A DNA stretch of 63,188 bases, filler included, from Octopus bimaculoides (taxonomy: Eukaryota): the NCBI RefSeq assembly GCF_001194135.2. It is 7 parts of 6 records of this genome, joined end to end, with 100 filler letters (N's around TTAATTAATTAA, not from the genome) between each part and the next. Parts side by side here need not be neighbours in the genome. Positions count along the whole stretch, not along the records: positions 11,303 to 22,345 come from NC_068985.1; positions 22,446 to 30,668 come from NC_068988.1; 5 more parts are not named here. The stretch is one strand, 5' to 3'. Each line of letters starts with the position of its first letter. The first letter of the stretch is position 1. The notes below the pieces were generated by a model. It worked only from the letters and a program-made list of their open reading frames with translations. It made no database searches and had not been told where the DNA came from. A program made the translations under genes and the position numbers. Below are positions 12,086-24,849 of this stretch, in pieces.

Positions 12086-13812
12086 TATACTTATTCAGTT
12101 ACATACTTGTTTAGTCAATTCCTCCTGTGGGGGTCAGCCTCAAACTGGCTCCATTTTCTATCAATTTACTGCCCTCTTTCCATTTTTTGGGCTCTGTCTT
12201 AATTTCTCATACTTCCAGGGTATTGGTAGTCAATCATTTTATAGCAGCAGATACATAACTTCCGGCTGCTTCATGCTCCATCTCTCCTCTCTTCTCCACT
12301 TCACCCATAAATGGGGAAGAAAACAAATACAAAACACGCAAAAATAGCGACTACAATTCAAAATTCAACAAATTCAACAGATCCTAGGTTCGCCCACACG
12401 AGTGACTTTCAACAAACATAACAAACGACTTACTTCAGAATCACAAGTGATTTAACCAAAAATTTCTTTGTTTTGTAACAATGAGACAGTCCACCATCAG
12501 TCAGTTGATGGATGGTCGGAATCCTTCCACAAGAATATATATATATTTGGAAATTTTGACAAATGTTTGTGAGGGTTCCGTTTGAGTTTTAAGGATTTCT
12601 CTTTTAATTATTTCATTCAGTGTATATTGTTGTTATTTGTGAACGAACACATAAAATTATGTATGCATATGAAAATGGAGGTATATATGTATTTCTCTAA
12701 ATACGGTTCTGAGTTGGCATACCGAGTTATGCTATTAGCGGGTAAATGTGTTATTGTTCAATGTGATGGCCTGGTTGTAGTGACCAACTATATAACTTGA
12801 GTCAAAACGATAAATCATATATTTTGAATGTTAATTGTCTATTAGCCATAGCATTTCCTAAGTAGTTACTGGCAAATCTAAGCCTCCGTGTTTTGTATAA
12901 GGGTTATTTAGGATAAATAATGAATACTAGTCGGATTGGGAAGAAAACTGAAAGCGATGCTATGAATAGATAGCATATTTGGAAGAGATCAAGGGAGGGT
13001 CTTTGGGGAAAATTAAGTAAGTCGTTCTGAACACGCGTTTAAATATAGGCATGAATAAATTTGTGTATGAGTATCAGGAAATGAGTATAAGAAATATATC
13101 CGTTGATATATGTATTTATGATTTTGTATGCGTGTGTATTTGTGGCGATATCGATAATTCTGTATAGTAAAATAGGTTTATGAAAATTCGGACGTTTAGT
13201 ATAAATTGGTTCGTGATGTAGTATTAAAAAAATTAACTGATGAAATAAGATAAGCTATTTTTATATGCTGCAGTGCCGTCGTGACTTTACACACACATGA
13301 TTAAACAAACACAGAACTGTACATAAATTCATATATAAAGATAAAAACAGAGGCATAAAACTTGTTGACTTATGTGTTTACATACTTCAGCAAACTTGCC
13401 ACCATTATTTCTTCCTCATTACACAAATTTTTCATTCATAATTTCAAGCATCCACGTTTACTGACTTCATCACTTCGTTTCTCTGTATGTGAATTTTGCT
13501 GTATTTGCTTTACATATAACACATATTCTCCAGCTCATCAATCATTTATCGTCAAATTATTCCCATATTATAACTCTCATCTTAGACTTGGCAGTAGATC
13601 ATTGTTTGAGAAATCGCATTCAAGCTGCAAGTAAAATAGTCTCCCTGTAAAAAAACTAAAGAGGTGGTGAGGTTAAATATTTCGGTCAAATACAAGTGGG
13701 AAGTTATCCATGGATACGAATGATTTTATAATCGAATTTAACGATATGAAATCAAAGTTTTTCAAATCTAAATATATTACATACTCTTCGATTGTTGACC
13801 TCTATTAGAATA

Positions 13813-14450
13813 CTAGCAATACACCCCGGTGTTGCCCGAGTTTTATGACCTACAGCCACATTGTATTATTTGTTCTTTTCTTATGGTCAGAACCGGCACA
13901 CGAGGAGTATCAAGTAAACAACTCTTCTTTATATACATGCTTTTCGGTCATTTTCTGACGAACAATGTGGAAATTTTTGGCACCAAAAACGTACAATGGC
14001 AGCTTAGATTAGAAGGAAATCCTATAAACGAATGGCAGAATGGGACTGTCCGTATTTTAAAACTAAAAATTCTTTAAAAAGTCGAAAGACAGTGATAAAT
14101 TTTGGAATTTGTGGTTTAAAGAGGGCGGTGAATATCTTTTAAAAAATACCTTTTTATTGGATAATCGTATTAATTCCATTATGCAGAAGACAGAATCGAA
14201 ATAAATTGTTAAAATTCTTAAAAATAAAAACGTTATAAGGGGTTTTACGCGCTTCAGTTCCGCATACCTTTTCTTTTTATTTTGTAAATCGTGTTTGTTA
14301 TAAGGGTATTTATAAACCTGATTTTCGATATAAACTTAAAAGGAATTTTTTTCAGAAATTGTGTCGTTTAGCTGTTGTTTGTAGCATGTTGGAGGTCACA
14401 TTTGCACCCTACATTTTTTTTCCAAAATTTATGTGGGCAATAAAGGAATT
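13813..14450 (-). mobile_element. Non-autonomous Helitron-like element, 3' terminus at 13813; 5' extent uncertain
   Basis: Minus strand reads CTCGGGCAACACCGGGG (hairpin) ... GCTAG|T, the canonical Helitron hairpin + CTRR + T. Confidence 0.55.
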
Positions 14451-14454
14451 AATT

Positions 14455-14880
14455 ACTGACTTGTGGGGTATTTCGAAAAGCTCCTGTCACGTATGGGACG
14501 GATCTGTCTGTCGGACGAGTCTGCAGTGATGATCGCCTCGTCACCCTTCTTCAATCGGGCAGGCAAAGAGGTTTTCCTTTGTGGTGAAAGAGGTTGTTTG
14601 GTGGACATGGTTGAAATGCATGAGGTCAGATACATTCCTCTTTTGTAGAGCTCTCATAAACTTCTTCATATTTCACTGGAAAAAGAAATTGAGAGTGGAG
14701 GGGGAAGCGCTGTCTTCGAGTGAGTTTATCGAAAGTTGCAAAAATAGCAAGAGTAGATGTTACTTCTCTAAGTGTAGAATTGTGACTCGGGGAGAAGGAA
14801 TTGGAGAGAGCACTTGAGGCTTCAGGGAAATCTAGGACAGTGGGGTTCCTCGATTATCTTTAGAAGCCTTTCTGCAGCAG
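14455..14880 (+). mobile_element. Probable L1/Tx1-clade LINE ORF2 C-terminal remnant
   Basis: VGYFEKLLSRMGRICLS then MVKEVVWWTWLK..DTFL..ALINFF.FH.KKKLRVE..LSSSEFI resembles the Tx1-like C-terminus; frameshifted. Confidence 0.55.
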
Positions 14881-15080
14881 GAGGTATACATCTCTATCAA
14901 CACCCACCACTATTTTTATAACCGTTGTATGCTATGCACATATCCCTTCTTTTTCAGTATATACTGTGTATACTTGGCCTTCTTTTTCATGATTTCATTA
15001 TATGTAAACCACTACATTCTATGTCTGTCTTTGTAATGTCTCCATCATCATTAGCCCTTGTGGAAAATAAATGAAATCGC

Positions 15081-15131
<51 letters not shown>

Positions 15132-15554
15132 CAATAATATTGATACACTAGCTTTTTGTTTTTGTACGTATCAGTGGTGTGTGTCACACTTACTTCAAAA
15201 GAAGAAGTTAAACGTTTGAAGGGAGAATACGAAAAAAAAGAGAAATAAAACGTGTTAACCAAAGGAGGCATTGTTGAAATGAGTGGCAAAGTGGGAGAGA
15301 GGAAGGACGGAGAGGAATGAGGCAAAGAGAGAGAGAGAGAGCAAGAGTAAGAGAGACAGTGAGTGGTGACGGAAAGGGAGGTGGCGTTCGTTTTGTGTTT
15401 TTAAATGTTTATTAGTATTTTCAGATACATACAGTATTTTTACATACATACATCGAAAGGAAAGTAGATACATAGATACATAAACACATTGTTATATCAA
15501 AGACAAGTAACTACAGCAAATATTGGATGTCACTTTCACTTTTCATTACCACAC

Positions 15555-15700
15555 AAGGATAAAATTAACGTGCAAGTGACTGAGTACTCCACAGACATAC
15601 ATACCATTGACGTAGTTCTCAGCGATATTCAGCTTCACACAAAATGTGACAAGGCTGGCCCCTTTGAATTAAGAGCTACAATTAATTTTGGCCAGCTGAG
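15555..15700 (-). mobile_element. SINE family B internal fragment
   Basis: Colinear with the body of the fuller copies at 16022-16345 and 47324-47727 (CCACTCAGCTGG..CAAAGGG.CCAGCCTTGTCACA). Confidence 0.75.
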
Positions 15701-16021
15701 TGGTCTGGCGCAATATAAACCTTCAAGTGGTTGGAAGCAAACGAAAAATGATCCTATATAGGGGCAAGAAAATCTTAGTCGTTAGGGTCACTATGGGTGT
15801 TAATCCGGTCCTAACATCGGCGTTTGTGGGTTTTACAGATCTGGAGGCCAAGCCCTCACATAAACACCGATGCACAGGCTGTTGTTATCAAACTTAGCGC
15901 AAAATTGCTACATGTCGGAATGGCAATTATTACCTCTCACCTTTTACTTCTTATACTAAACACATAACATTTTGCTTAACGATATGGAACATTTCCTGTT
16001 CTTTCATTCTTTTTTTCAAAA

Positions 16022-16345
16022 TGGCACTCCGTCCGTTACGTTGACGAGGTTCCTGTTTATCTGATCAAGGGAACAGTCTGCTCATAAAATTGACGCTAAA
16101 GTGACTGAGTACTCCTCAGACATGCATATCACTAATGTAGTTCGCAAGGAGATTCAGCCTCATACAGAATTTGACAGGGCTGGGCCCTTTGAATTTCAGC
16201 TAGAACTCATTTTTGCCAGCTGAGTGGACTGCAGCAAGGGGAAGTACAAAGCCTTGCTCAAAAATACAGCACAGCGCCGGGAATCGTACTCATGACCTTA
16301 CGATCGCGAGCCGAATACCCCTAACCACTGACTCATGCACTTTCA
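16022..16345 (-). mobile_element. tRNA-derived SINE, family B
   Basis: Minus-strand head with A-box-like AGTGGTTAGGGG and B-box-like GAGTACGATTCCC; body and GACGGAGTGCC 3' end shared with 47324-47727. Confidence 0.85.
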
Positions 16346-16877
16346 CTCTCTTAACAGTAGAAAAAAGGAGTGAAGCGATAGAGATAGGGAAAGGAAAGCC
16401 TCAGTCATTCAAAATGACAATTAGACTAATACGATCGATATTTTCTAACTTCTTTACTTTTTACTATGAAGAAGAGAGAAAGAGATTTAGTAGTATATGG
16501 AGAGAAAATTTTTCAAGTGTTTAGGTTTTCATCCTGGGAGTTCTAGAATGAGCGAGTGTTAGTTCTCTCTTCGTTCCTCCATACCCGCTACTTATTCGCC
16601 TTGTTTGATAGTTCTTCATGTCTTTTAGTTGGGGAGAAAGAACATGTTTTTTTCAGGCGCGTTTCACGTTTTCTCTACAAACTACAAACAAGGCCTGCCC
16701 CTTTTTTTCTCATAAAAACTAATGCAACTTTTGAATGGAATATAGATGTGAAAAGAGCCAAGGAAAATGGGTAGTACCCCCTACAAAATGGGTGGAGGAG
16801 AAACCTTGCCAACCAAATCTACTCACAAGGCTTTGGCCGGCCCGTACCTACACGAAATTCAACTCTATACTTTATAG

Positions 16878-16963
16878 GTTGTCTTCTACTTTAGCCACGG
16901 GCCGGCCAAAGCCTTGTGAGTAGATTTGGTTGGCGGAAACTGAAAGAAGCCCATCGTATATAT
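16878..16963 (+). mobile_element. SINE family A, 5'-truncated fragment
   Basis: GTCTTCTAC..GGCCAAAGCCTTGTGAG..GGAAACTGAAAGAAGCCCATCGTATA matches the full copy at 60597-61015. Confidence 0.85.
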
Positions 16964-17087
16964 NNNNNNNNNNNNNNNNNNNNNNNNNNNNNNNNNNNNN
17001 NNNNNNNNNNNNNNNNNNNNNNNNNNNNNNNNNNNNNNNNNNNNNNNNNNNNNNNNNNNNNNGAGAGAGAGAGAGAGAGAGAGAGAG

Positions 17088-17285
17088 TAAAATCTATTTC
17101 CCAACGCAAATAGGCAGTCCTGGTTAGGACGATGTTACAGCTATTTTTTAGCCCCAGGGAAATATCTTTTTCAGCTGGCTATCAACGCATAAGTGTATCC
17201 TTATGACTGCAGTTGGGCGTCGGTAAAAATGATATTAACATCGTCCTATCAAGGATTGCCGATTTACGTTGGCAAATAGATTTTA
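17088..17285. mobile_element. MITE-like element, ~62-bp TIRs, TA at both ends
   Basis: TAAAATCTATTTCCCAACG..AGGACGATGTTA pairs with TAACATCGTCCT..CGTTGGCAAATAGATTTTA. Confidence 0.7.
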
Positions 17286-17344
17286 TTCTGAAGTACTGTT
17301 ACTACTCACTTCTCGCTGAGAGGTTTAAAACTAAATGTTTTCCT

Positions 17345-17612
17345 CTTTATATTTATATATATGTGTGTGTATTTATGTGTGTGTGTGTATGTGCATGTGT
17401 GTTTGTGTCCGTGTTTGTCCCCACCACCATCACTTGACAACCGATTTTGTTGTGTTTGTATCCCCGTATCCTAGCGGTTCGGCAGAAGAGATTCATTGTA
17501 TAAGCACCAGGTTTACAGGCAATAAGTCCAGGGGTCGATTTCGTCGTATAAAGGATGGTGCTCCAGCATGGCCACAGTCAAATGACTGAAACAAGTGACA
17601 GAATAAAAGAAT
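17345..17612 (+). mobile_element. SINE family A 3' half
   Basis: (TG)n, TTTGTCCCC..CTTGACAACCGA..GGTGCTCCAGCATGGCCACAGTCAAATGACTGAAACAAG and an AATAAAAGAATA tail. Confidence 0.85.
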
Positions 17613-17861
17613 ACCCGAAGAACGTTCCGTACCACTAAAGCAAGAAGGTTCTTTGAATATGTACGATGTATTTTATGGTTAAATAGTATTTCTGTTTACG
17701 TTTGTGTGTCATATTTTGGTTGGATTATATAATTATCGGTTTTACACTTCTTTCTATATTCTGTAAGTGTCACAATATAGAAATATTTCTCGTGGAATCA
17801 GCACACAAGTAACAGGTGCTTACATTCTTTGTCTTCCGTGAAGTTTTCTCGGATCCAGCTA

Positions 17862-17939
<78 letters not shown>

Positions 17940-18043
17940 TAGTCTTATTTTCATCACGTGCTGTCACTTCGCTACCGATCGCAAGTCTGTGTGCCTTGAG
18001 TGTGTGATGTGGTTTGCTGTGGTACTCTTATCTTCACTGTATA

Positions 18044-18105
<62 letters not shown>

Positions 18106-18705
18106 CGTTATTATTATTATTATTATCATTAATGTTGTTGTTGTTGTCATGCGTAGGATGTAGGCTGTTCTAAGCAGGGATATTTGTTGCATAGTGTATT
18201 GAAGATCCCGGTATAGCTTCTCCAATTATTACTGTATTGTTTTCACCTTCATGACCTACTAATTGAATACTTCAATTTCGAGGTCTTTGTAATTTGACAA
18301 TTTCCCCACATCCGTTTGGACAATATTTTGGTCCGAAGAGACTGCAATATCTATCAGTAAGCAAGTGTATTTATTTTCAACCCTTGACTTTTATGTCTGG
18401 GTGATTAGCTTTCGTTTCTTTATCGGTTTGAACATGCACTATATTAGTTTCTCTCTTGCATTTACTATTCCTAACAGTATTGCCGATGCTCGTATCCCTA
18501 GTACTTCTCTTATTATTTTATTACTTTTATTGCTATGCTTATCATCCTCGTGTTCGTATCAATCTTACAACTTTTACACAAGTATTTTACTACTGCAATT
18601 ACCATGGTCAGTACCACTGTAGGAAAAAGAATAATTGTCCCGTAAATATACAGTGCCTCAAGGAGAACATAGTTAATATGTGGTCCGTCGTTACGCATAA
18701 TACTA
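17862..18705 (-). mobile_element. Older R4/Dong-like copy (family 1), REL domain to (AAT)n tail, split by an internal microsatellite
   Basis: Minus strand ANHPDIKVK.. and QQISLLRTAYILR; 3' UTR at 17936-18045 is homologous to 11480-11588; (ATT)n tail at ~17862-17935. Confidence 0.8.
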
Positions 18706-19876
18706 TTTAAAATTATGAAGGTTGTCGTGCAAGAGCTTATAAACTTGGATTTGATAACCTCGTAGCATCATTTAAAGAGAAATAATGAGAACTCCACATC
18801 ATTTACTTAGTTAAGTTTTCCTCCTAGGATAACAAGTGTCCCCTTAGGGATAACAGTGGTCTATATTGAGCAAGGCACCATCTTGCAATGTCGGAAAAAT
18901 GATCTGCATACTTTGCTTAGGAGAGTTACTCTAATATTCACGTCAGAGTATGATATCGTAAATAAAAGACGAGTGGATGTACGGGAAGGGCTTTGACTAT
19001 TGCGCTATAGCATCACAACTAAAGGAAGATAAATCATTATTTGGTGTGTATGTGATATCTTAATTACATCGAGTAGTAATGGTATTTTATTTTAAACCAA
19101 ACATTCCATGCAACAACTCAGTTCGCAGTGAATTAGAACTATTGTAAACTACTTGGCATTGAAGAGAGGTCTTTCAAGTAATTGGATATTAAAGTAAAAT
19201 AAAGTGAAGCAAATAGCAGAATAAGAATTCAGGTCTGCTTTTGGAAAACAGAATGAATATTTGAATTTTTAAAAAACCACCAAACTTGTAAGCTTTTGTT
19301 TAATTTTTAATGTTTAGGCATTATTTTACAACATACTTCAGGCTAGAGTTTGACATTTCATTTGGCATTTTACACCATTCCATTTTATGTATGTGTTTTA
19401 AAGACAATCTCCGCCAACTACGTAAAGTAAGTTTTATGTACTTTTGTGTGTGGATTAAAATTATCTGTTATTTGGCTTGTTTTTTAAGTGATTAGGTACA
19501 TCACCACTTTAAACATTTACGTACCGTCAGATATTATCAGTTTAAATTTACTATCAATGATTAATAGGTCTTTTACTTTTTCAGTTATTAGAGGCGGCGA
19601 TGCTAGTGCACCGCGTTGAAGAACTTTTACTCACATGAATCAAACCTCAGTAGTTGATTTATGTTAAACCTGGTACTTATTCTAACGGTCACTTTTTGCC
19701 GAACAACTAAGTTACAGAAACATAAACACGCCAACACAGGCCGTCAAGCGGTAGTGTGGACAGAGATACAGAGAAACACACACAGATATATATATCTATA
19801 TGTATGTATGTATGTATGTATGTATGCATGTATGTATGTATGTATGTATGTATGTATGTATATATATATATATATG

Positions 19877-20160
19877 AGAGCGCGTGGGTTAGTCGTTAGG
19901 GTGTTGTACTCACAATTGCCAGATCGTGATTTTAATTCCTAAGTCGGGTGGGGACTTGTATTATTAAGCAAAACACTTCAGCTCACGCTGCTCTGTGATC
20001 ACATTGACACCTGACGTATGGTATACCGTTCACCTCTTCAGACAACATTGATTTCACCGAGAGAGTTAGGTAATGTGCGGCACGAACATTTGGACACTAT
20101 AAACAAATCATTTATGCAGTGCATTCGGCAGAAGCTGAGAACGACGGGAGAGTCCATCAT
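19877..20160 (+). mobile_element. tRNA-headed SINE (family B-like head, different body)
   Basis: GCGCGTGGGTTAGTCGTTAGGGTG...GATTTTAATTCC head with degenerate A/B boxes. Confidence 0.55.
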
Positions 20161-20202
20161 ATATGTGTACGTATGTGTGTGTGTGCGTGTGTGCGTCTGT
20201 GC

Positions 20203-20276
<74 letters not shown>

Positions 20277-20289
20277 ATGCGAAGGACAA

Positions 20290-20420
20290 TCATTCAGTTT
20301 CCATCTACTCCCAGTTTTCGTTGGCCGGCCTGAGGCTATAGTAGAAGACACATGGCAAAGATGCTATGCAAACAGAATGATCTCAGAAACGTGGTTGAGA
20401 AACAAGTTTCTTTCCACACC
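20290..20420 (-). mobile_element. SINE family A 5' fragment, diverged
   Basis: TTCAGTTTCCATCTAC..GAGGCTATAGTAGAAGACAC is the reverse complement of the family A body. Confidence 0.65.
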
Positions 20421-22044
20421 GCCATGCCTGTTTATTATTTTAACATTAAAAATGAACGTTCCAAGTTTTACTTGTACGAAATCTACAAATTGTGTTCGGC
20501 GTTTATTACGACCGCAGAAGTAATACTTCTACATCTGCATATATTTATTGAGAGGTTTATGTTTAGTCTGAAGGAAACTACATTGTTTAGTGAATGGTAT
20601 TTTTGTCATGCCTTTCTCAGAGTTCAGAAAATAGTATCTATTACATTTATAGGACACCCACTGTGGCCAACAAATTACGGTTTTCTTTGCAAAACCTCCA
20701 ACACTCGTTTGAGAAAGGAAGATTTTTATATTGTGACATCGAATACCTGATCAGAATAATTGAAATATTGTGATTTGTTAAAGGCAATCAAGAGACGGAT
20801 TGTGATATTAATAAGGGCGATTGGCATGAAGAAAGTCCAGAATCGAATGAAAAACTGTCAACTGTTTAGAAAGGATTCAATTCAATGACACGATAATGTT
20901 TCAGTTAATTCAATTTAAATCCATAACAATTGTGCTCACTAGAAGCTGGTGATAGAATGTTTGCCCTGTCTGTTGTGCAGCAGAGTGAAACAAGGAAAAT
21001 CGTGATGGCCAGTCGAACTTCTTAATCAGATCTACATGCCTGCAGTCAGTACTTCGTGTTTACCATTGTTTGAAGTGATAACAGTCGATATATGTCTGTT
21101 AATGGCAAGAAAATACAAGAGCGAAAAAATTATATTTTCTATTGACTTAATATTCTTCCACATGCAAGAGAGGTACTTATGTACAGAATAATTATGGCAA
21201 CAAAATATGTATATGTTTTTAATGTAATTATTTTTTTTCGAAATAAAAATACAGTATGAATGAAATAATAATATTCGAGAAATATGAGTTCTATCAGAAT
21301 ATTTTGTTTTAATAAAAAATATTGAATTCAAATCCTTCATTTGGCCTTGTTTTCTCTAATCTTATTTTCTGAAGAATTGCAATATGTAATTTAAAATCTT
21401 GTTGTCGGATGTAATACTGAAAATATATTAAAAGTAACGTGCAATAAATATTACTTTTGCTGGCATTTTGCAAAGAACCATGTACAAGGTTCACTATACA
21501 GCTGTTGCATATAGTCAGATTGGTGCTGAATCAAAGAAAGCAAATATCCAAGATATTTTAGAAGCAATCAGTAATGATTTATCGTTTATATCGTTTCTTA
21601 TTATACTGAATAAAGTTGAAATGTATCACAACGTTTACATCTAGCAATTACTTTCTAGAAATATTCATATTAACTGAAAGAAGTTTTGAGAAACTCAAAA
21701 CAATCCTGATGCATAATACGGTTGCAACTTATGGTAAAACTGATAATATATTTCTCAATAAATCAACCTTACCCTTTCGTCAATATCTGAAACTATTGAA
21801 TAGTTTCCATGATAAGTCATCTCATTGAACTGCAGTAATTCACTTGCTGGTTAATCCAAACGACTAGCTTAGTAATCTGATAAGTGTTCCACCTGTATGT
21901 ATTCACCGTTACAAGAATGACACACACGCACACACTCGTATACAAACAGAGGTACCGGCGTTGCCCGGGAGTGAAATTGTTCCAAAATATGTTGTAGAGA
22001 AATTTGCTATTTAAAATTCAATTTATTCTCTGGGAAAGGAATTC

Positions 22045-22047
22045 TGA

Positions 22048-22092
<45 letters not shown>

Positions 22093-22345
22093 TAGTTTTA
22101 TGTTTATAACGTGCTTTCACTTCACTACCGAGCGCAGCTCTGTGCGCCTTGGGTATGTGCTGTGGTTTGCTGTGGTGTTCTTATGTTTACTGTATTGAAA
22201 GTGTTTTGCGTAGAATGTGTGCAGTACCCAGTAGTGCAATTTTCTGTATGTTATATATATTTGTAAGTCCTGGTGTTTTTGTTATGTATTTGTCTGAATA
22301 TTTTTTTATTATACCTAAGGCACCTACTATGATAGGAATTGTTTC
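22045..22345 (-). mobile_element. R4/Dong-like 3' end with (AAT)n tail (family 1, young copy)
   Basis: Reverse complement of 11330-11588 with only 2 visible differences over ~259 bp. Confidence 0.92.
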
Positions 22346-22445
22346 NNNNNNNNNNNNNNNNNNNNNNNNNNNNNNNNNNNNNNNNNNNNTTAATTAATTA
22401 ANNNNNNNNNNNNNNNNNNNNNNNNNNNNNNNNNNNNNNNNNNNN
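22346..22445. other. Artificial scaffold-joining spacer 2
   Basis: 44 N + TTAATTAATTAA + 44 N. Confidence 0.97.
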
Positions 22446-22607
22446 CCACCACCACGTTACTCTGGGTCGAGAGGGGACTTTACATCAGCCACAGATCTGG
22501 TCTGTGGCTCTCAACAGGTTGTCCTACAGAAATCTCCAATTGTCTTCCACGTTGTATGATGCTATATCCCCTTCTATTTCGTCAAATGCTTCAAGTAACT
22601 TGTCTCT

Positions 22608-22643
<36 letters not shown>

Positions 22644-22711
22644 CATACATACATACATATGCATACAAATATATACATACATATATATACACACATACAT
22701 ATACCTACACA

Positions 22712-22743
<32 letters not shown>

Positions 22744-22894
22744 GTGTGTGTGTGTGTGTACTGTTGAATGATGGTAAGATCAACAAAAAAAACTCCATTT
22801 TGTGAGATAAATATTATTTAATAAACACAGTGTATGTTTTTCTGCTAGCCCCTTGATATTTTCACATTTGATTCCCAGTTCTAATAATTTTTAT

Positions 22895-23977
22895 AGGAAG
22901 GCCTGTTTTACAACATCGTCAGAATCAAATTATTTTTCTATCAAAAAGTTATCCAAATTCTGGAAGAAGTGGTAGTCAGTGGGGGCAAGATCAGGCGAGT
23001 ATGGTGGATGAAGGAGAACTTCCAACTCCAACTCCTGTAGTTTCGCCAATGTCATTTTTGCGATGTGTGGTCTGGCACTGTCTTGCAATAAAATAGGAGT
23101 GAATCTGTTGACTAATTGAGGCTGTTTTTTTGCAAGTTTTTGCATCATTTGGTCCAGTTGGCTGCAGTGCACTTCAGCTGTGATTGATGAGCCATAATTG
23201 ATCACACCTGCGCCAGACCACCAAACACACACTATCAGCTTCTTTTGATTAATTTTGCTTTTGGACTGTGTTTTCGTGGCTCACCTTTGTCCAGCCATAG
23301 TGCTGAACATTTACGATTGTTGTAGTGGATCCATTTCTTATCGTATGTTACAATTCAATTCAAAAATGATTAATTTTTGTGACGAGAAAGTAGCTTAATG
23401 CAGGTTTCCAAATGTTGCTGTTTCTGATTTTCATTGAGTTCATGTGGAACCTACTTATGCAACTTTTTTACTTTTCCGATTTGAACAAGGTGTGTCAATA
23501 TTGTTCGCTTGCTAATACCAAACAACAACAATAATTCACAGGCACTTTGAGATGGATCTGACTTGACGGTGGCTTTTAGTTTGTCGTTATCCACCTTTGT
23601 TTCTGGTCAACTGCATTGCTCATTTGTAAGGTCAAAGTCACCAGAATGAAATTTTGCATACCAATTTGATACTGTCTGCTGTGTAATAAAATTAGAATGA
23701 AATACTCCATTAATATTTCAAGCTGTTTGTGATGCTGTATTTCCAAAAAAGAACTTATATTTCAAAGCTATACAAATTTCTGACTTATCCATCTCTAAAC
23801 AAAAATAGCAAAAAACGATTTATAAATACTTTATAAAGCACAAAATGAGTTAGAAGAAAGAAATAGATATGTCTAACAGAAAATAAAGATTGTCAAAATA
23901 TAATAATGGCACAAAATGAGCAGCTGTCAAAGTTTACCATATACCTTACTACAAATTTCATACTTGATGACCTAATA
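22895..23977 (-). mobile_element. mariner (DD34D) transposon, near-complete transposase pseudogene
   Basis: MDKSE..N-terminus, WYAKFHSGDFDL, VPHELNENQK, VTYDKKW, LQDSARPH, HPPYSPDLAPTDYHFFQNLDNFL; 5' TIR-like TATTAGGTCATC starts at 23977; 3' end missing. Confidence 0.93.
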
Positions 23978-24849
23978 TGAAAAAAGTTTTGAAAACTCCT
24001 TTTTTTACACCCCACCTCATCATCCCACTCCAGACCTATTTTGGCCAATTTTTTTTGTTGCACTTCAAAACCATGGGAAGAGCATTTTCGGTAAAAAGAT
24101 TTTTAAAAATTGTTAATATTTTCAGAGGGAAAAGTGAGTGATTTAAGGGCTATTTGGCTGTTGTTTCTAGCACATCCAAAGACAACTCTCCTCGTTTCTT
24201 TATCACTCTCACATCTATTCATATCTGCACTAGGTCTACTTAGGAGGTTATTGTGTCCTAGCATATGTGCAGCCTCTTTTAATTTTCATATTTTCTAGTG
24301 GTGTTCTCTGTCAATTATTTTTTTTATAAACCCTAAAATTCACTCTATAATTGCCCACAGGCATATAGCATAGTGGATAAGACTACTAACCCTTGGATTC
24401 TAAGTTTAATCCCAGGCAAGAACTTGAAAAATAATATCAACAGAAAAATAACATCAGCAACATACTTCAGGAATAAGAACAGTGTACCCCTTTAGTCAAA
24501 TAAAGGGCTGGGTTCGAAATTCCACCAGAACACCTGATTAAGGCTGGAGAGTACATCAGCCAAAACGTGATAACAAAAAAACAAGTTGAGGACAACTATC
24601 TTTCCATTGTAAATAATGTTAATTGTCTTTAAAGATTGATATCTAAATTCTACAAAAACAGTTAAGTGGTTAGCAAATTGGGCTTTACATGACCAGAATA
24701 CCTTTATTGATTCAGGGGGCAAAAATATAAAAAAGAGTTTATTGTTGCTTTGTGGACTGTATAGACCTCAAGGTAAGGTAACATATTAAAAGCCTGCTCA
24801 ATGTTCTCTCCACTTTAAAAGAACAACATCAGATGAGCTGAAACCCTGC

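Noticed and set aside
18845-18856. TAGGGATAACAG resembling an LSU/16S rDNA motif or I-SceI site
   Set aside because: Only 12 bp match and the flanks do not resemble rDNA
20820-21560. Possible integrase-like or other coding remnant
   Set aside because: Only scattered Cys/His residues; no consistent frame or motif could be established
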